NCBI GenBank assembly: GCA_030649775.1
Contig: JAUSFR010000010.1
Location: 1 to 39,829 of the forward strand
Direction of reading: 5' to 3'
Origin: a bacterium
GTDB lineage: Bacteria; Patescibacteriota; Minisyncoccia; Phycocordibacterales; UBA10002
DNA length: 39,829 nucleotides
In this document: positions 17,916 to 25,540 of the stretch, piece by piece
How positions within the stretch are numbered: position 1 is the first letter of the stretch
Layout of the letters: each line of letters begins with the position of its first letter
Translations under genes and position numbers: made by a program
Notes under the pieces: generated by a model
What the model saw: only the letters and a program-made list of their open reading frames with translations
The model's database searches: none
What the model was told of the DNA's origin: nothing

Positions 17916-18590
17916 ATGTCCCACATCGTTCATCCATACGCACATCGCCTCGGTATCATTAAGGATTGGAAGTCCCGCTGGTTCGGCGTGAAAGGCGAGT
18001 ACCAGAAGCTCCTGAAGGGAGATATTCTCGTTCGTGAGCTTTTGGTAAAGCGTCTTCGTGGTATGTATGTTGCCGACGTTGCTATTGAGCGCGGTCCGAA
18101 GCTTTTCCGCATCATCATTCGTACCTCACGCCCTGGTATGCTTATCGGCAAAAGCGGGGAAGGTGCGACCAAGCTCAAGAACGAGCTTTTGAAGTTCGCG
18201 AGGAAGAACGCGCTTTCGGGGTTTGAAAATCTTAAACTTGATGTTGAAGAGGTACGCTCCCCGGAGTCCAACGCTGCCATCGTCGCTCATATGATTGCCG
18301 AAGGTCTTGAAAAGCGCCTTCCGTTCAGACGCGTCATGAAGCAGACGATTGATAAAGTGATGGCGAACCGCGACGTGAAGGGGGTTCGTGTGTATCTTGG
18401 AGGTCGTCTTGGTGGCGCCGAAATGGCGAGAACCGAAGAACTCAAGAAGGGACGCATTCCGCTCCAGACACTGCGCGCCGACATTGATTACGCCCGCGAG
18501 CGAGCCCATATGACCTACGGCGATATTGGTATCAAGGTGTGGGTGTATAAGGGAGAGATATTCGCGGATAAAGTCGCAGTAAAAAAGTAG
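17916..18590 (+). CDS. rpsC: 30S ribosomal protein S3
   Basis: HPYAHRLGI, RPGMLIGKSG, GRLGGAEMAR, GRIPLQTLRADIDY. Confidence 0.98.
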   Translation: MSHIVHPYAHRLGIIKDWKSRWFGVKGEYQKLLKGDILVRELLVKRLRGMYVADVAIERGPKLFRIIIRTSRPGMLIGKSGEGATKLKNELLKFARKNALSGFENLKLDVEEVRSPESNAAIVAHMIAEGLEKRLPFRRVMKQTIDKVMANRDVKGVRVYLGGRLGGAEMARTEELKKGRIPLQTLRADIDYARERAHMTYGDIGIKVWVYKGEIFADKVAVKK

Positions 18591-18597
18591 TAGAGAC

Positions 18598-18688
18598 AGG
18601 CGCTAGGCTTTAGGCGTTAGGCACTAGGAAAGAAAAACCTACGTTGCCGGCAGTACCTAGAGCCTAGGGCCTAGTTTCCTAGAGCCTA
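18598..18688 (+). repeat. Family A hairpin, rpsC-rplP
   Basis: AGGCGCTAGGCTTTAGGCGTTAGGCACTAGG ... CCTAGAGCCTAGGGCCTAGTTTCCTAGAGCCTA. Confidence 0.9.
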
Positions 18689-18693
18689 AACAT

Positions 18694-19110
18694 ATGATGT
18701 TTCCCAAAAAAGTTAAATACCGAAAGTGGCACACCATGCGTCACAATCCGAAGAAGCCACAGGTTGAGACCCGTGGTACGGAGGTTTCGTTTGGCTCATT
18801 CGGGCTCAAGGCATATTCTGGTGGACGTATCCGCTCAAACCAGATTGAGGCTGCACGAAAGGTGCTCGCCCGAAGTGCCGGAAAGGCCGGAAAGGTGTGG
18901 ATTCGGATTTTCCCCGATATGCCGTACACCGGCAAGCCTGCGGAAGTGGGTATGGGAAAGGGAAAAGGTGACCCACAAGGGTACTGCTTTGAGGTGCGGG
19001 CCGGACGGGTGATATTTGAAGTGGACGGCATCCCCGCCACGGTCGCCGTTGAAGCCCTTCGTAAGGCGGGAACAAAACTCCCGGTTAAGAGTAAGGTGAT
19101 TGCGAGATAA
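18694..19110 (+). CDS. rplP: 50S ribosomal protein L16
   Basis: PKKVKYRK, QIEAAR, WIRIFPD, MGKGKG. Confidence 0.98.
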   Translation: MMFPKKVKYRKWHTMRHNPKKPQVETRGTEVSFGSFGLKAYSGGRIRSNQIEAARKVLARSAGKAGKVWIRIFPDMPYTGKPAEVGMGKGKGDPQGYCFEVRAGRVIFEVDGIPATVAVEALRKAGTKLPVKSKVIAR

Positions 19111-19150
19111 GTTGTGTATTTGGTTGTTTTTAGGTAGAGTACCTCATCAC

Positions 19151-19253
19151 AACCACCAAACACCAAGATACAATAACCAAACAAATCCCAAACTCAAACC
19201 GACTTTTTGATTGTTGTTTGGAGCTTGTTTCTTGGTTATTGATTATTTACCCT
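19151..19253 (+). repeat. Family D hairpin, rplP-rpmC
   Basis: ACCAAACACCAAGATACAATAACCAAAC ... TTGTTTCTTGGTTATTGATTATT. Confidence 0.8.
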
Positions 19254-19436
19254 ATGTCCGATTACACAAACAAATCAAGAGAGGAGTTGAATCGGCTTGT
19301 TACGGATAATCGTATTAAGTTGCAAGCCTTTAGGTTCGCCATGTCCGGCGGTAAGACCAAGAATGTGAAGGAAGGGCGCAACCTCCGAAAGGAAATTGCC
19401 CGCGCGCTTACGGAAGTCAAAGCCAAGAACGCCTAA
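19254..19436 (+). CDS. rpmC: 50S ribosomal protein L29
   Basis: KSREELN...LQAFRF...LRKEIARALT; position between rplP and rpsQ. Confidence 0.92.
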   Translation: MSDYTNKSREELNRLVTDNRIKLQAFRFAMSGGKTKNVKEGRNLRKEIARALTEVKAKNA

Positions 19437-19440
19437 CACT

Positions 19441-19686
19441 ATGCCAACCGAACCCAAAAAATCAAAAGCCAGAATACTCACCGGCAAGGTCGTGTCCACC
19501 AAAATGAAGGACACGATTGTGGTTGAGGTGAACCGATTTGTCCAGCACCCCAAGTACCGAAAGTACATCAACCATACCACCCGTCTCAAGGCGCACGACG
19601 CCGGAAACACGAAGGTGGAAGGTGAAAAGGTAAGCATCGTTGAATGCGCCCCGATATCAAAGCAGAAGCACTTCAAAGTCATATAG
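19441..19686 (+). CDS. rpsQ: 30S ribosomal protein S17
   Basis: GKVVSTKMKDTIVV, HPKYRK, KAHD, PISKQK. Confidence 0.97.
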   Translation: MPTEPKKSKARILTGKVVSTKMKDTIVVEVNRFVQHPKYRKYINHTTRLKAHDAGNTKVEGEKVSIVECAPISKQKHFKVI

Positions 19687-19762
19687 GCACTAGGCTTTAG
19701 ACACTAGGCTCTAGGACAGAATCTTTTCTTCCCTAGCGCCTAGCGCCTAACTGCTAGAGCCT
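19684..19762 (+). repeat. Family A hairpin, rpsQ-rplN (begins in the TAG stop)
   Basis: TAGGCACTAGGCTTTAGACACTAGGCTCTAGG ... CCTAGCGCCTAGCGCCTAACTGCTAGAGCCT. Confidence 0.9.
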
Positions 19763-19769
19763 CACTCTT

Positions 19770-20141
19770 ATGTTACAACCCCGCGCCATCGTCAAAATCG
19801 CAGATAACTCCGGAGGTAAAATCGGACGCATTTTCAAGGTGCTCGGTGGTTCAAAGAAGCGTTACGCGGAAATCGGCGAGATTGTGGTGCTTTCCGTACA
19901 AAAGGCGGAACCTCGAAAAGGAGTCAAAAAGAAGGATGTGCTTCACGCGGTCGTTGTTCGCCAGCGAAAACCGTTTCGCCGAAGTGACGGTTCCTACATC
20001 CGCTTTGACGAGAATGCCGTGGTTATTCTTGAAAAGGGGAAGAAGGACCCGCTCGCGGGACGCGTGTTCGGCCCAATCCCCCGAGAGCTTTCCGAGTTCG
20101 GTTTCCACAGCATTACCTCTAAGGCAGCCGAAGTCGTATAA
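19770..20141 (+). CDS. rplN: 50S ribosomal protein L14
   Basis: ADNSG, KVLGGS, DGSYIRFDENA, RVFGPIPREL. Confidence 0.98.
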   Translation: MLQPRAIVKIADNSGGKIGRIFKVLGGSKKRYAEIGEIVVLSVQKAEPRKGVKKKDVLHAVVVRQRKPFRRSDGSYIRFDENAVVILEKGKKDPLAGRVFGPIPRELSEFGFHSITSKAAEVV

Positions 20142-20256
20142 CACAATGCGAATGATGCGAATACCCGAGCGAATGACACGAATAAAATAAAACACAATTT
20201 TTTCATTTTATTTGTATATTCGCATCTTCTATTCGTACATTCGCATTGAGACCAGT
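20142..20256 (+). repeat. Family C hairpin, rplN-rplX (copy 1 of a 115-nt duplicated spacer)
   Basis: Matches 20557-20671 except 2 nt. Confidence 0.93.
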
Positions 20257-20556
20257 ATGAAAATACACAAAGGAGACAACGTCATAGTCATCTCGGGTTC
20301 CGAGAAAGGAAAGAAGGGACAGATTTCCCGTGTGTTCGCCGAGAAAAACTCGGTCATCATTGAAGGCCTCAATCTCCTGAAGCGTCACCAGAAAGCTCGC
20401 AAGGCCGGTCAGAAAGGGCAGATTGTTGAAAAGGCGATGCCTATCAATATGTCAAACGTCGCGCTCCTGGAAGGCGGGAAACCGGTACGCAGTGGCCAGA
20501 AGAAAGTCGGCGAGAAATGGATTCGGGTAAGCAGGAAGAGCGGGAAAGAGATTTAA
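20257..20556 (+). CDS. rplX: 50S ribosomal protein L24
   Basis: MKIHKGDNVIVISGSEKGKKG (KOW motif); ATG 20257. Confidence 0.97.
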   Translation: MKIHKGDNVIVISGSEKGKKGQISRVFAEKNSVIIEGLNLLKRHQKARKAGQKGQIVEKAMPINMSNVALLEGGKPVRSGQKKVGEKWIRVSRKSGKEI

Positions 20557-20671
20557 CACAATGCGAATGATGCGAATACCCGAGCGAATGACACGAATAA
20601 AATAAAACACAATTTCTTCATTTTATTTGTATATTCGCATCTTCTATTCGTACATTCGCATTGAGACCAAT
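20557..20671 (+). repeat. Family C hairpin, rplX-rplE (copy 2)
   Basis: Matches 20142-20256 except 2 nt. Confidence 0.93.
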
Positions 20672-21235
20672 ATGAAAACTTTAAAAGACAAACAAAAAGA
20701 GGCTTATAGCACGCTCAAGGAGGCGATGGGGTATACCAACGTGATGCAGGTTCCTCGACTTCAGAAAGCTGTCGTGAATGTTGGCGTCGGTTCATTTAAG
20801 GACAAGAAAAAGATTGAGGTGGTGGAGGACCGTCTTGCGAAAATTACGGGACAGAAGCCCGCGAAACGCGGAGCGAAGAAATCCATCGCGACCTACAAAA
20901 CACGCACGGGCGACACGGTGGGCGAGCAGGTAACGCTTCGCGGTCCGCGTATGTACGCGTTTTTGGATAAGCTCCTCAATATCGCGCTCCCTCGAACCAA
21001 AGACTTTCGCGGTATCTCGGCGAAGGCGATTGACGAAATCGGCAACATTACTATCGGTATCAAAGAACACACTATCTTTCCTGAAGCGGTTGATGAAGAC
21101 CTTCGCGATGTCTTTGGTCTCGCTATCACCGTCGTCACGACCGCCAAGACGGCAAAGGAGGCAAAAGCCTACTTCACCTATCTCGGCTTTCCGTTCAAGA
21201 AGAAGGAGGAAGAGGAGAAAAAAGCACGGAAGTAA
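20672..21235 (+). CDS. rplE: 50S ribosomal protein L5
   Basis: NVMQVPRL, ITGQKP, VTLRG, ALPRTKDFRG, EHTIFPE; ATG 20672. Confidence 0.98.
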   Translation: MKTLKDKQKEAYSTLKEAMGYTNVMQVPRLQKAVVNVGVGSFKDKKKIEVVEDRLAKITGQKPAKRGAKKSIATYKTRTGDTVGEQVTLRGPRMYAFLDKLLNIALPRTKDFRGISAKAIDEIGNITIGIKEHTIFPEAVDEDLRDVFGLAITVVTTAKTAKEAKAYFTYLGFPFKKKEEEEKKARK

Positions 21236-21247
21236 TCTCACCCCTCT

Positions 21248-21308
21248 GTCATCCTCGTGAACACACGGGGCTCCAGAAAATCTGGATTCCAGCCTTCGCT
21301 GGAATGAC
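21248..21308. repeat. GTCAT...TCCAG / CTGGATTCC...GGAATGAC REP-like palindrome (dRS3/RPE-like)
   Basis: GTCATCCTCGTG..CACGGGGCTCCAG-aaaat-CTGGATTCCAGCCTTCGCTGGAATGAC. Confidence 0.7.
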
Positions 21309-21313
21309 CGAAT

Positions 21314-21349
21314 AAAAAAAGCGCCGTTCGGGATTCCCGAACGGCGTTT
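21314..21349. terminator. Terminator between convergent genes
   Basis: A7-GCGCCGTTCGGG-att-CCCGAACGGCGT-TT. Confidence 0.8.
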
Positions 21350-21364
21350 GCGTGTCAGTCAATT

Positions 21365-22120
21365 TCAGGCCTGTGCCTCTGTCAGCGCCCCGCTCTCTCC
21401 TTCCTTTGCCGGTGATTTTTGCGCCAAAGCCGTCGCGAGAATGGGCCTGAAATCCACCCCGAACGTTAGGGATAAATTAGAGACCGTGTCTTTGAGGAAC
21501 GTGACATGGGTTTCGTAAGTGCTACGTTCCCCCAATGTTTCGGTTCCGGAGTAACGCACGATTGCCGCGACCATCATACAGACCTCTTGGTTCCCTGTCC
21601 CGATATCCGCATAGCTCCAACGCCCATTGCTCAAGGCTCTATTTAATTTTTCGATGATCTGTTCTGCTACCCGAGCCAAACTCTCATGGACTTTTACGCC
21701 AAGCGTTCTCCTTATCTCTACCACCGCCTCCTCGGAGCTTGGAGCCGTATCGGGTACGGTGTACTGGCGCAGGGTTCGCAAATCACAGAGGAGTGCCGAG
21801 GCTTCGCATTTGTGCCTGATGCGCTCTATTTCAGCATGGGGATATTCCAGACCAACATCACCTGGTTTTCCGGAGGGTACCAACTTGAGAAATTCCTTAT
21901 AATAATCGTGCATCCTAGAACTTCCGGGAGTTGCGGCTACAAATAAAAGTCTCAAGAGGGCCTTCGCGGTTTGCAGCACCTTTTCCGTTTTCTTGTGAGC
22001 GCGCTCCTCCCTTTTGAGCCGTGTTTGAACAATATTGAGAGCCCCTAGCAGTACAAGGATGGTAACAATGGCGAAAAGAGCCCAATAAGGCCAAATAGAA
22101 CCTGCAATGTTGAAGAACAT
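21365..22120 (-). CDS. Hypothetical membrane-anchored protein inserted antisense between rplE and rpsN
   Basis: 251-aa ATG ORF with N-terminal TM and short coiled coil; own promoter and terminator. Confidence 0.7.
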   Translation of the reverse strand: MFFNIAGSIWPYWALFAIVTILVLLGALNIVQTRLKREERAHKKTEKVLQTAKALLRLLFVAATPGSSRMHDYYKEFLKLVPSGKPGDVGLEYPHAEIERIRHKCEASALLCDLRTLRQYTVPDTAPSSEEAVVEIRRTLGVKVHESLARVAEQIIEKLNRALSNGRWSYADIGTGNQEVCMMVAAIVRYSGTETLGERSTYETHVTFLKDTVSNLSLTFGVDFRPILATALAQKSPAKEGESGALTEAQA

Positions 22121-22163
22121 ATGTTTTTCTTTCTTTTTGAGTTTTTGTGTCTATCCGAGACAC

Positions 22164-22227
22164 ACCTTACGTCTGGAAGAGAAGGCTGTCAACTCCGTTT
22201 GACTTTTTAGCCCCAGTCCGCTAGTAT
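22164..22227. promoter_or_regulatory. Back-to-back divergent promoters
   Basis: Minus: TTGACA(22192)-17-TAAGGT. Plus: TTGACT(22199)-17-TAGTAT, driving rpsN. Confidence 0.65.
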
Positions 22228-22248
22228 TTCCAAACGCTCTAAGAGAGC

Positions 22249-22333
22249 AGGCACTAGGAATTAGGCGCTAGGCTTTAGGAAGAATTATGCACGTGCATTT
22301 TTCCTAGGGCCTAAAGCCTAGGGCCTAGAGCCT
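22249..22333 (+). repeat. Family A hairpin in rpsN leader
   Basis: AGGCACTAGGAATTAGGCGCTAGGCTTTAGGAA ... TTCCTAGGGCCTAAAGCCTAGGGCCTAGAGCCT. Confidence 0.9.
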
Positions 22334-22343
22334 TTTCGTTCAT

Positions 22344-22529
22344 ATGGCTAAGACCTCAACCACAGCTCGCGCCCTCAAAAAGCCGAAGTTCTCCACCCGT
22401 ATCGTGCGGAGATGCTTTCGTTGTGGCCGTAAACGCGCTTTTATGCGTGACTTCGGACTCTGCCGTATTTGCTTCCGCGAGTACGCGAACGAAGGTATGA
22501 TTCCGGGAGTGAAGAAATCCAGTTGGTAA
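22344..22529 (+). CDS. rpsN: 30S ribosomal protein S14, zinc-binding type (type Z)
   Basis: 61 aa; CFRCGR...LCRICFRE...PGVKKSSW. Confidence 0.97.
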   Translation: MAKTSTTARALKKPKFSTRIVRRCFRCGRKRAFMRDFGLCRICFREYANEGMIPGVKKSSW

Positions 22530-22539
22530 GAACCAACAG

Positions 22540-22632
22540 AGGCACTAGGCTTTAGGCGCTAGGCACTAGGTAAGAAGAAAACCTAAGTTGCCGACAGTTC
22601 CTAGAGCCTAGAGCCTTCTGCCCTAGAGCCTA
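22540..22632 (+). repeat. Family A hairpin, rpsN-rpsH
   Basis: AGGCACTAGGCTTTAGGCGCTAGGCACTAGG ... TTCCTAGAGCCTAGAGCCTTCTGCCCTAGAGCCTA. Confidence 0.9.
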
Positions 22633-22637
22633 ATTAT

Positions 22638-23024
22638 ATGGACCCTATTTCAGATTTTCTCAACAAGCTCAAAATGGCCAGCCGGACGAACAAAGAGTCG
22701 TTCGTTTTTCCTGCGTCCAGCATTATTATGGATATTGCCGGTGTACTCCAAAAGAAGGGGTATATTGCGTCCGCGAGAAAAACCAAGAAAGGACACGAGA
22801 TTGAGATTACCTTACCCACTTCCGATTCCAAGAACGCTCCGCTTATTACCGCTACCAAGCGTGTTTCCAAACTTTCCAAACGTATTTACCGAAAAGCTCG
22901 CGAAATCCGTCCAGTCCGTAACGGTTCTGGCACCGCGGTTCTTTCTACCCCGAAGGGAGTACTGGCCGATACCGACGCACGCGCGGGGAAGGTGGGAGGG
23001 GAAGTTCTCTTTGAGATTTGGTAA
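22638..23024 (+). CDS. rpsH: 30S ribosomal protein S8
   Basis: MDPISDFL, KRVSK, LSTPKGV, VGGEVL. Confidence 0.97.
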   Translation: MDPISDFLNKLKMASRTNKESFVFPASSIIMDIAGVLQKKGYIASARKTKKGHEIEITLPTSDSKNAPLITATKRVSKLSKRIYRKAREIRPVRNGSGTAVLSTPKGVLADTDARAGKVGGEVLFEIW

Positions 23025-23029
23025 CGAAA

Positions 23030-23120
23030 TAGGCGCTAGGCTTTAGGTGCTAGGCACTAGGAAAGAAAATCCTCGTCGCCGTCAGTTCCTAGAGCCTAGG
23101 GCCTTCTTTCCTAGAGCCTA
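23030..23120 (+). repeat. Family A hairpin, rpsH-rplF
   Basis: TAGGCGCTAGGCTTTAGGTGCTAGGCACTAGG ... TTCCTAGAGCCTAGGGCCTTCTTTCCTAGAGCCTA. Confidence 0.9.
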
Positions 23121-23123
23121 AAC

Positions 23124-23657
23124 ATGAGCAGATTAGCCAAAAAACCAATACTCGTTCCGGAGAAAGTGGAGGTGAACCTTTCGGGGGGCACGCTTACGGT
23201 CAAAGGCCCTTTGGGTACACTTACACGGAAGATTTCCCCGGTTATTTCCGTGGTTATTAAAGACGGCACGATTGTGGTTTCTCCGAAAGACGAAGTGCTT
23301 ACGACGAGACAGCTTCTCGGCACGACGGTCGCGCACATTAAGAATATGCTGGCGGGGAGCCGTGAAGCCTTCGTGAAGAAGCTCATTGTTGAGGGTATTG
23401 GTTTCAAGGCGGAAGTGAAGGGCGCGGAAATCGTCCTTTCACTCGGTTTTTCACATCAAATCAAACTCGCTATTCCAAAGGACCTCAAGGTAGTTTCCGA
23501 AAAGGGCATCGTCTCCATCAGTGGCTCGGATATTGAAGCCGTTGGCGCGCTCGCTGCAAAGATACGTTCGCTGAAGAAGCCCGAGCCGTACAAAGGGAAG
23601 GGTATTCGCTACGACGGAGAGGTTATCCGTAGGAAGCAAGGGAAAAAGACTACATAA
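23124..23657 (+). CDS. rplF: 50S ribosomal protein L6
   Basis: MSRLAKKPI, VKGPLGTL, LGFSH, PEPYKGKGIRY. Confidence 0.98.
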   Translation: MSRLAKKPILVPEKVEVNLSGGTLTVKGPLGTLTRKISPVISVVIKDGTIVVSPKDEVLTTRQLLGTTVAHIKNMLAGSREAFVKKLIVEGIGFKAEVKGAEIVLSLGFSHQIKLAIPKDLKVVSEKGIVSISGSDIEAVGALAAKIRSLKKPEPYKGKGIRYDGEVIRRKQGKKTT

Positions 23658-23660
23658 AGT

Positions 23661-23742
23661 AAGTCAGAAGCACGAAGCTCGAAGAAGTCTAAAGAAAACA
23701 GTTAAGATTTCTTCGGACTTAGAGCTTAGAACTTCGAGCTTT
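23661..23742 (+). repeat. Family B hairpin, rplF-rplR
   Basis: AAGTCAGAAGCACGAAGCTCGAAGAA ... TTCTTCGGACTTAGAGCTTAGAACTTCGAGCTT. Confidence 0.88.
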
Positions 23743-23749
23743 CAAACAT

Positions 23750-24097
23750 ATGTCTACCATAAACAAAAAAACAGAGAAGAGAATGCGAAGGCATCGTCGC
23801 ATCCGCGCGAAGGTGAGTGGCACAGCTACTCGCCCACGCCTTTCGGTATTCCGTTCCAATCGCGCCATTTCGGCCCAGCTTATTGATGACGAGAAAGCGG
23901 TGACGATTGCGGCGGCATCCTCGGCAACCCTCAAGGGTAGAAGTGCGGAGAAAGCACAGGCGGTCGGAAAGATGATAGCCGAGCAGGCAAAAGCAAAGAA
24001 AGTGACGCTTGCCGTGTTTGACCGAGGCGGGTATCTGTACGCGGGTGCCATCAAGGCGCTTGCGGACGGGGCACGGGAAGGAGGATTGAAATTTTAA
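23750..24097 (+). CDS. rplR: 50S ribosomal protein L18
   Basis: [33 protein letters not shown]. Confidence 0.98.
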   Translation: MSTINKKTEKRMRRHRRIRAKVSGTATRPRLSVFRSNRAISAQLIDDEKAVTIAAASSATLKGRSAEKAQAVGKMIAEQAKAKKVTLAVFDRGGYLYAGAIKALADGAREGGLKF

Positions 24098-24099
24098 AC

Positions 24100-24177
24100 A
24101 GGCACTAGGCTTTAGGCCCTAGGCTCTAGGACGGAACTTTTCTTCCCTAGCGCCTAGCGCCTAACTGCTAGAGCCTA
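24100..24177 (+). repeat. Family A hairpin, rplR-rpsE
   Basis: Near-identical, loop included, to 19684-19762. Confidence 0.9.
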
Positions 24178-24182
24178 ATAAC

Positions 24183-24902
24183 ATGGCAGATGAAATAAAA
24201 ACAACTGAAAATACACCGGTACCCGTAGTGACATCTGTCGCGACGCCGGTTGCTCGCCCAGCTTCTGCTCCACGCCAGAGTTTTGGCGGTGGTTCTTCGC
24301 AGGGAGGTCCTCGCCGTGGCGGACGAGGTGGTGGCGGAGGTGGTGGAAGCTCTCGCGGTGGTGGTGGAGCACGTCGAGGCGGAGGGGGGCGCGAGGAACG
24401 CGTCAAGCCCGAATTTGACCAGAAGACACTCGGTGTCAGACGTGTCGCCCGTGTGGTGGCGGGAGGGCGTCGCTTCAACTTTAGCGTAACGATGGTTATC
24501 GGTAACCGCAAGGGTTCGGTAGGTGTGGGTACAGGTAAGGCGGGTGATACCGCGCTTGCGATTGAGAAGGCGACCAAGAGTGCCAAGAAACACATGATTA
24601 AGATTGCCCGCACGGGAAACAACTCAATCCCCCATATTATTGAGGCTAAGTATTCAAGCGCGACGGTGGTCATCCTTCCCGCGAAGAGCAAGGGACTTAT
24701 CGCCGGAAGCGCCGTGCGTTCTGTGCTTGAGCTTGCCGGTATCACGGATGTGAACGCGAAGATTCGCTCGGGAAGCAAGAACAAGCTCAATATCGCGCAG
24801 GCAACCATCGCTGCACTCAAGAGTCTCGTGCAGAAATCCCAAACACCAAACACCAAATCCCACGTAAACACCAATACTCAAGAAACAATCACCAACCAAT
24901 AA
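24183..24902 (+). CDS. rpsE: 30S ribosomal protein S5 with Gly/Arg-rich N-terminal extension
   Basis: RRVARVVAGGRRFNF, GKA, GLIAGSAVRSVLELAGI. Confidence 0.97.
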   Translation: MADEIKTTENTPVPVVTSVATPVARPASAPRQSFGGGSSQGGPRRGGRGGGGGGGSSRGGGGARRGGGGREERVKPEFDQKTLGVRRVARVVAGGRRFNFSVTMVIGNRKGSVGVGTGKAGDTALAIEKATKSAKKHMIKIARTGNNSIPHIIEAKYSSATVVILPAKSKGLIAGSAVRSVLELAGITDVNAKIRSGSKNKLNIAQATIAALKSLVQKSQTPNTKSHVNTNTQETITNQ

Positions 24903-24990
24903 TCAATTATCAATACTCACACACCGATTCTTGAGTTGTTTATTGAAGATTCGGATTTGTTTGGTTATTGTATCTTGGTGTTTGGTTATT
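24834..24990 (+). repeat. Family D hairpin overlapping rpsE 3' end, at the position of the missing rpmD
   Basis: AAATCCCAAACACCAAACACCAAATCCC ... TTTGGTTATTGTATCTTGGTGTTTGGTTATT. Confidence 0.82.
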
Positions 24991-24998
24991 AAAAAATT

Positions 24999-25478
24999 AT
25001 GCAATTCCACACCCTTAAACGAACCCACAAGAATAAAACCTCCACCCAAGTGGGACGCGGAGGGAAACGCGGTAAAACATCCGGCCGAGGAGGCAAGGGA
25101 CAGACGGCGCGTGCCGGTCACAAAATGTATCCCCAAATTCGCGATATGATAAAACGTATTCCGAAGCTTCGCGGACGCGGAAAACAATCGTTCAAGAGTT
25201 TCCAAATTCCCTATGTTCCGATTAACCTTGAGACGATTGAAAAGGCGTTTACCGCCGGAAGCACGGTGAGTCCGGAGAATCTCCTTACTCTCAAGGTCAT
25301 TTCCCTGCAAAGCGGAAATATGCCCAAGGTCAAAATCCTTGGTCGGGGAACACTCTCAAAGAAGCTTACGATTTCAGGATGTGCCGTATCCGCTTCGGCT
25401 AAAGTGGCGATTGAAAAAGCCGGCGGGGAAGTCAAACCAAGTCAAAAGCCCGAAGCTAGAAACTCGAAGAACTCTTAA
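24999..25478 (+). CDS. rplO: 50S ribosomal protein L15
   Basis: VGRGGKRGKTSGRGGKGQTAR, VKILGRG, SASAKVAIEKAGG. Confidence 0.97.
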   Translation: MQFHTLKRTHKNKTSTQVGRGGKRGKTSGRGGKGQTARAGHKMYPQIRDMIKRIPKLRGRGKQSFKSFQIPYVPINLETIEKAFTAGSTVSPENLLTLKVISLQSGNMPKVKILGRGTLSKKLTISGCAVSASAKVAIEKAGGEVKPSQKPEARNSKNS

Positions 25479-25535
25479 GACCTGTAACTTTTAGTTTGAA
25501 ATTTCTTCGAACTTAGAGCTTAGAACTTCGAGTTT
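25446..25535 (+). repeat. Family B hairpin overlapping rplO 3' end
   Basis: AAGCCCGAAGCTAGAAACTCGAAGAA ... TTCTTCGAACTTAGAGCTTAGAACTTCGAGTTT. Confidence 0.88.
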
Positions 25536-25540
25536 ACACC

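Noticed and set aside
20212..20671. Identical N-termini MYIRIFYSYIRIET on L24 and L5
   Set aside because: Artefact of TTG starts within the duplicated spacer; true ATGs are 20257 and 20672.
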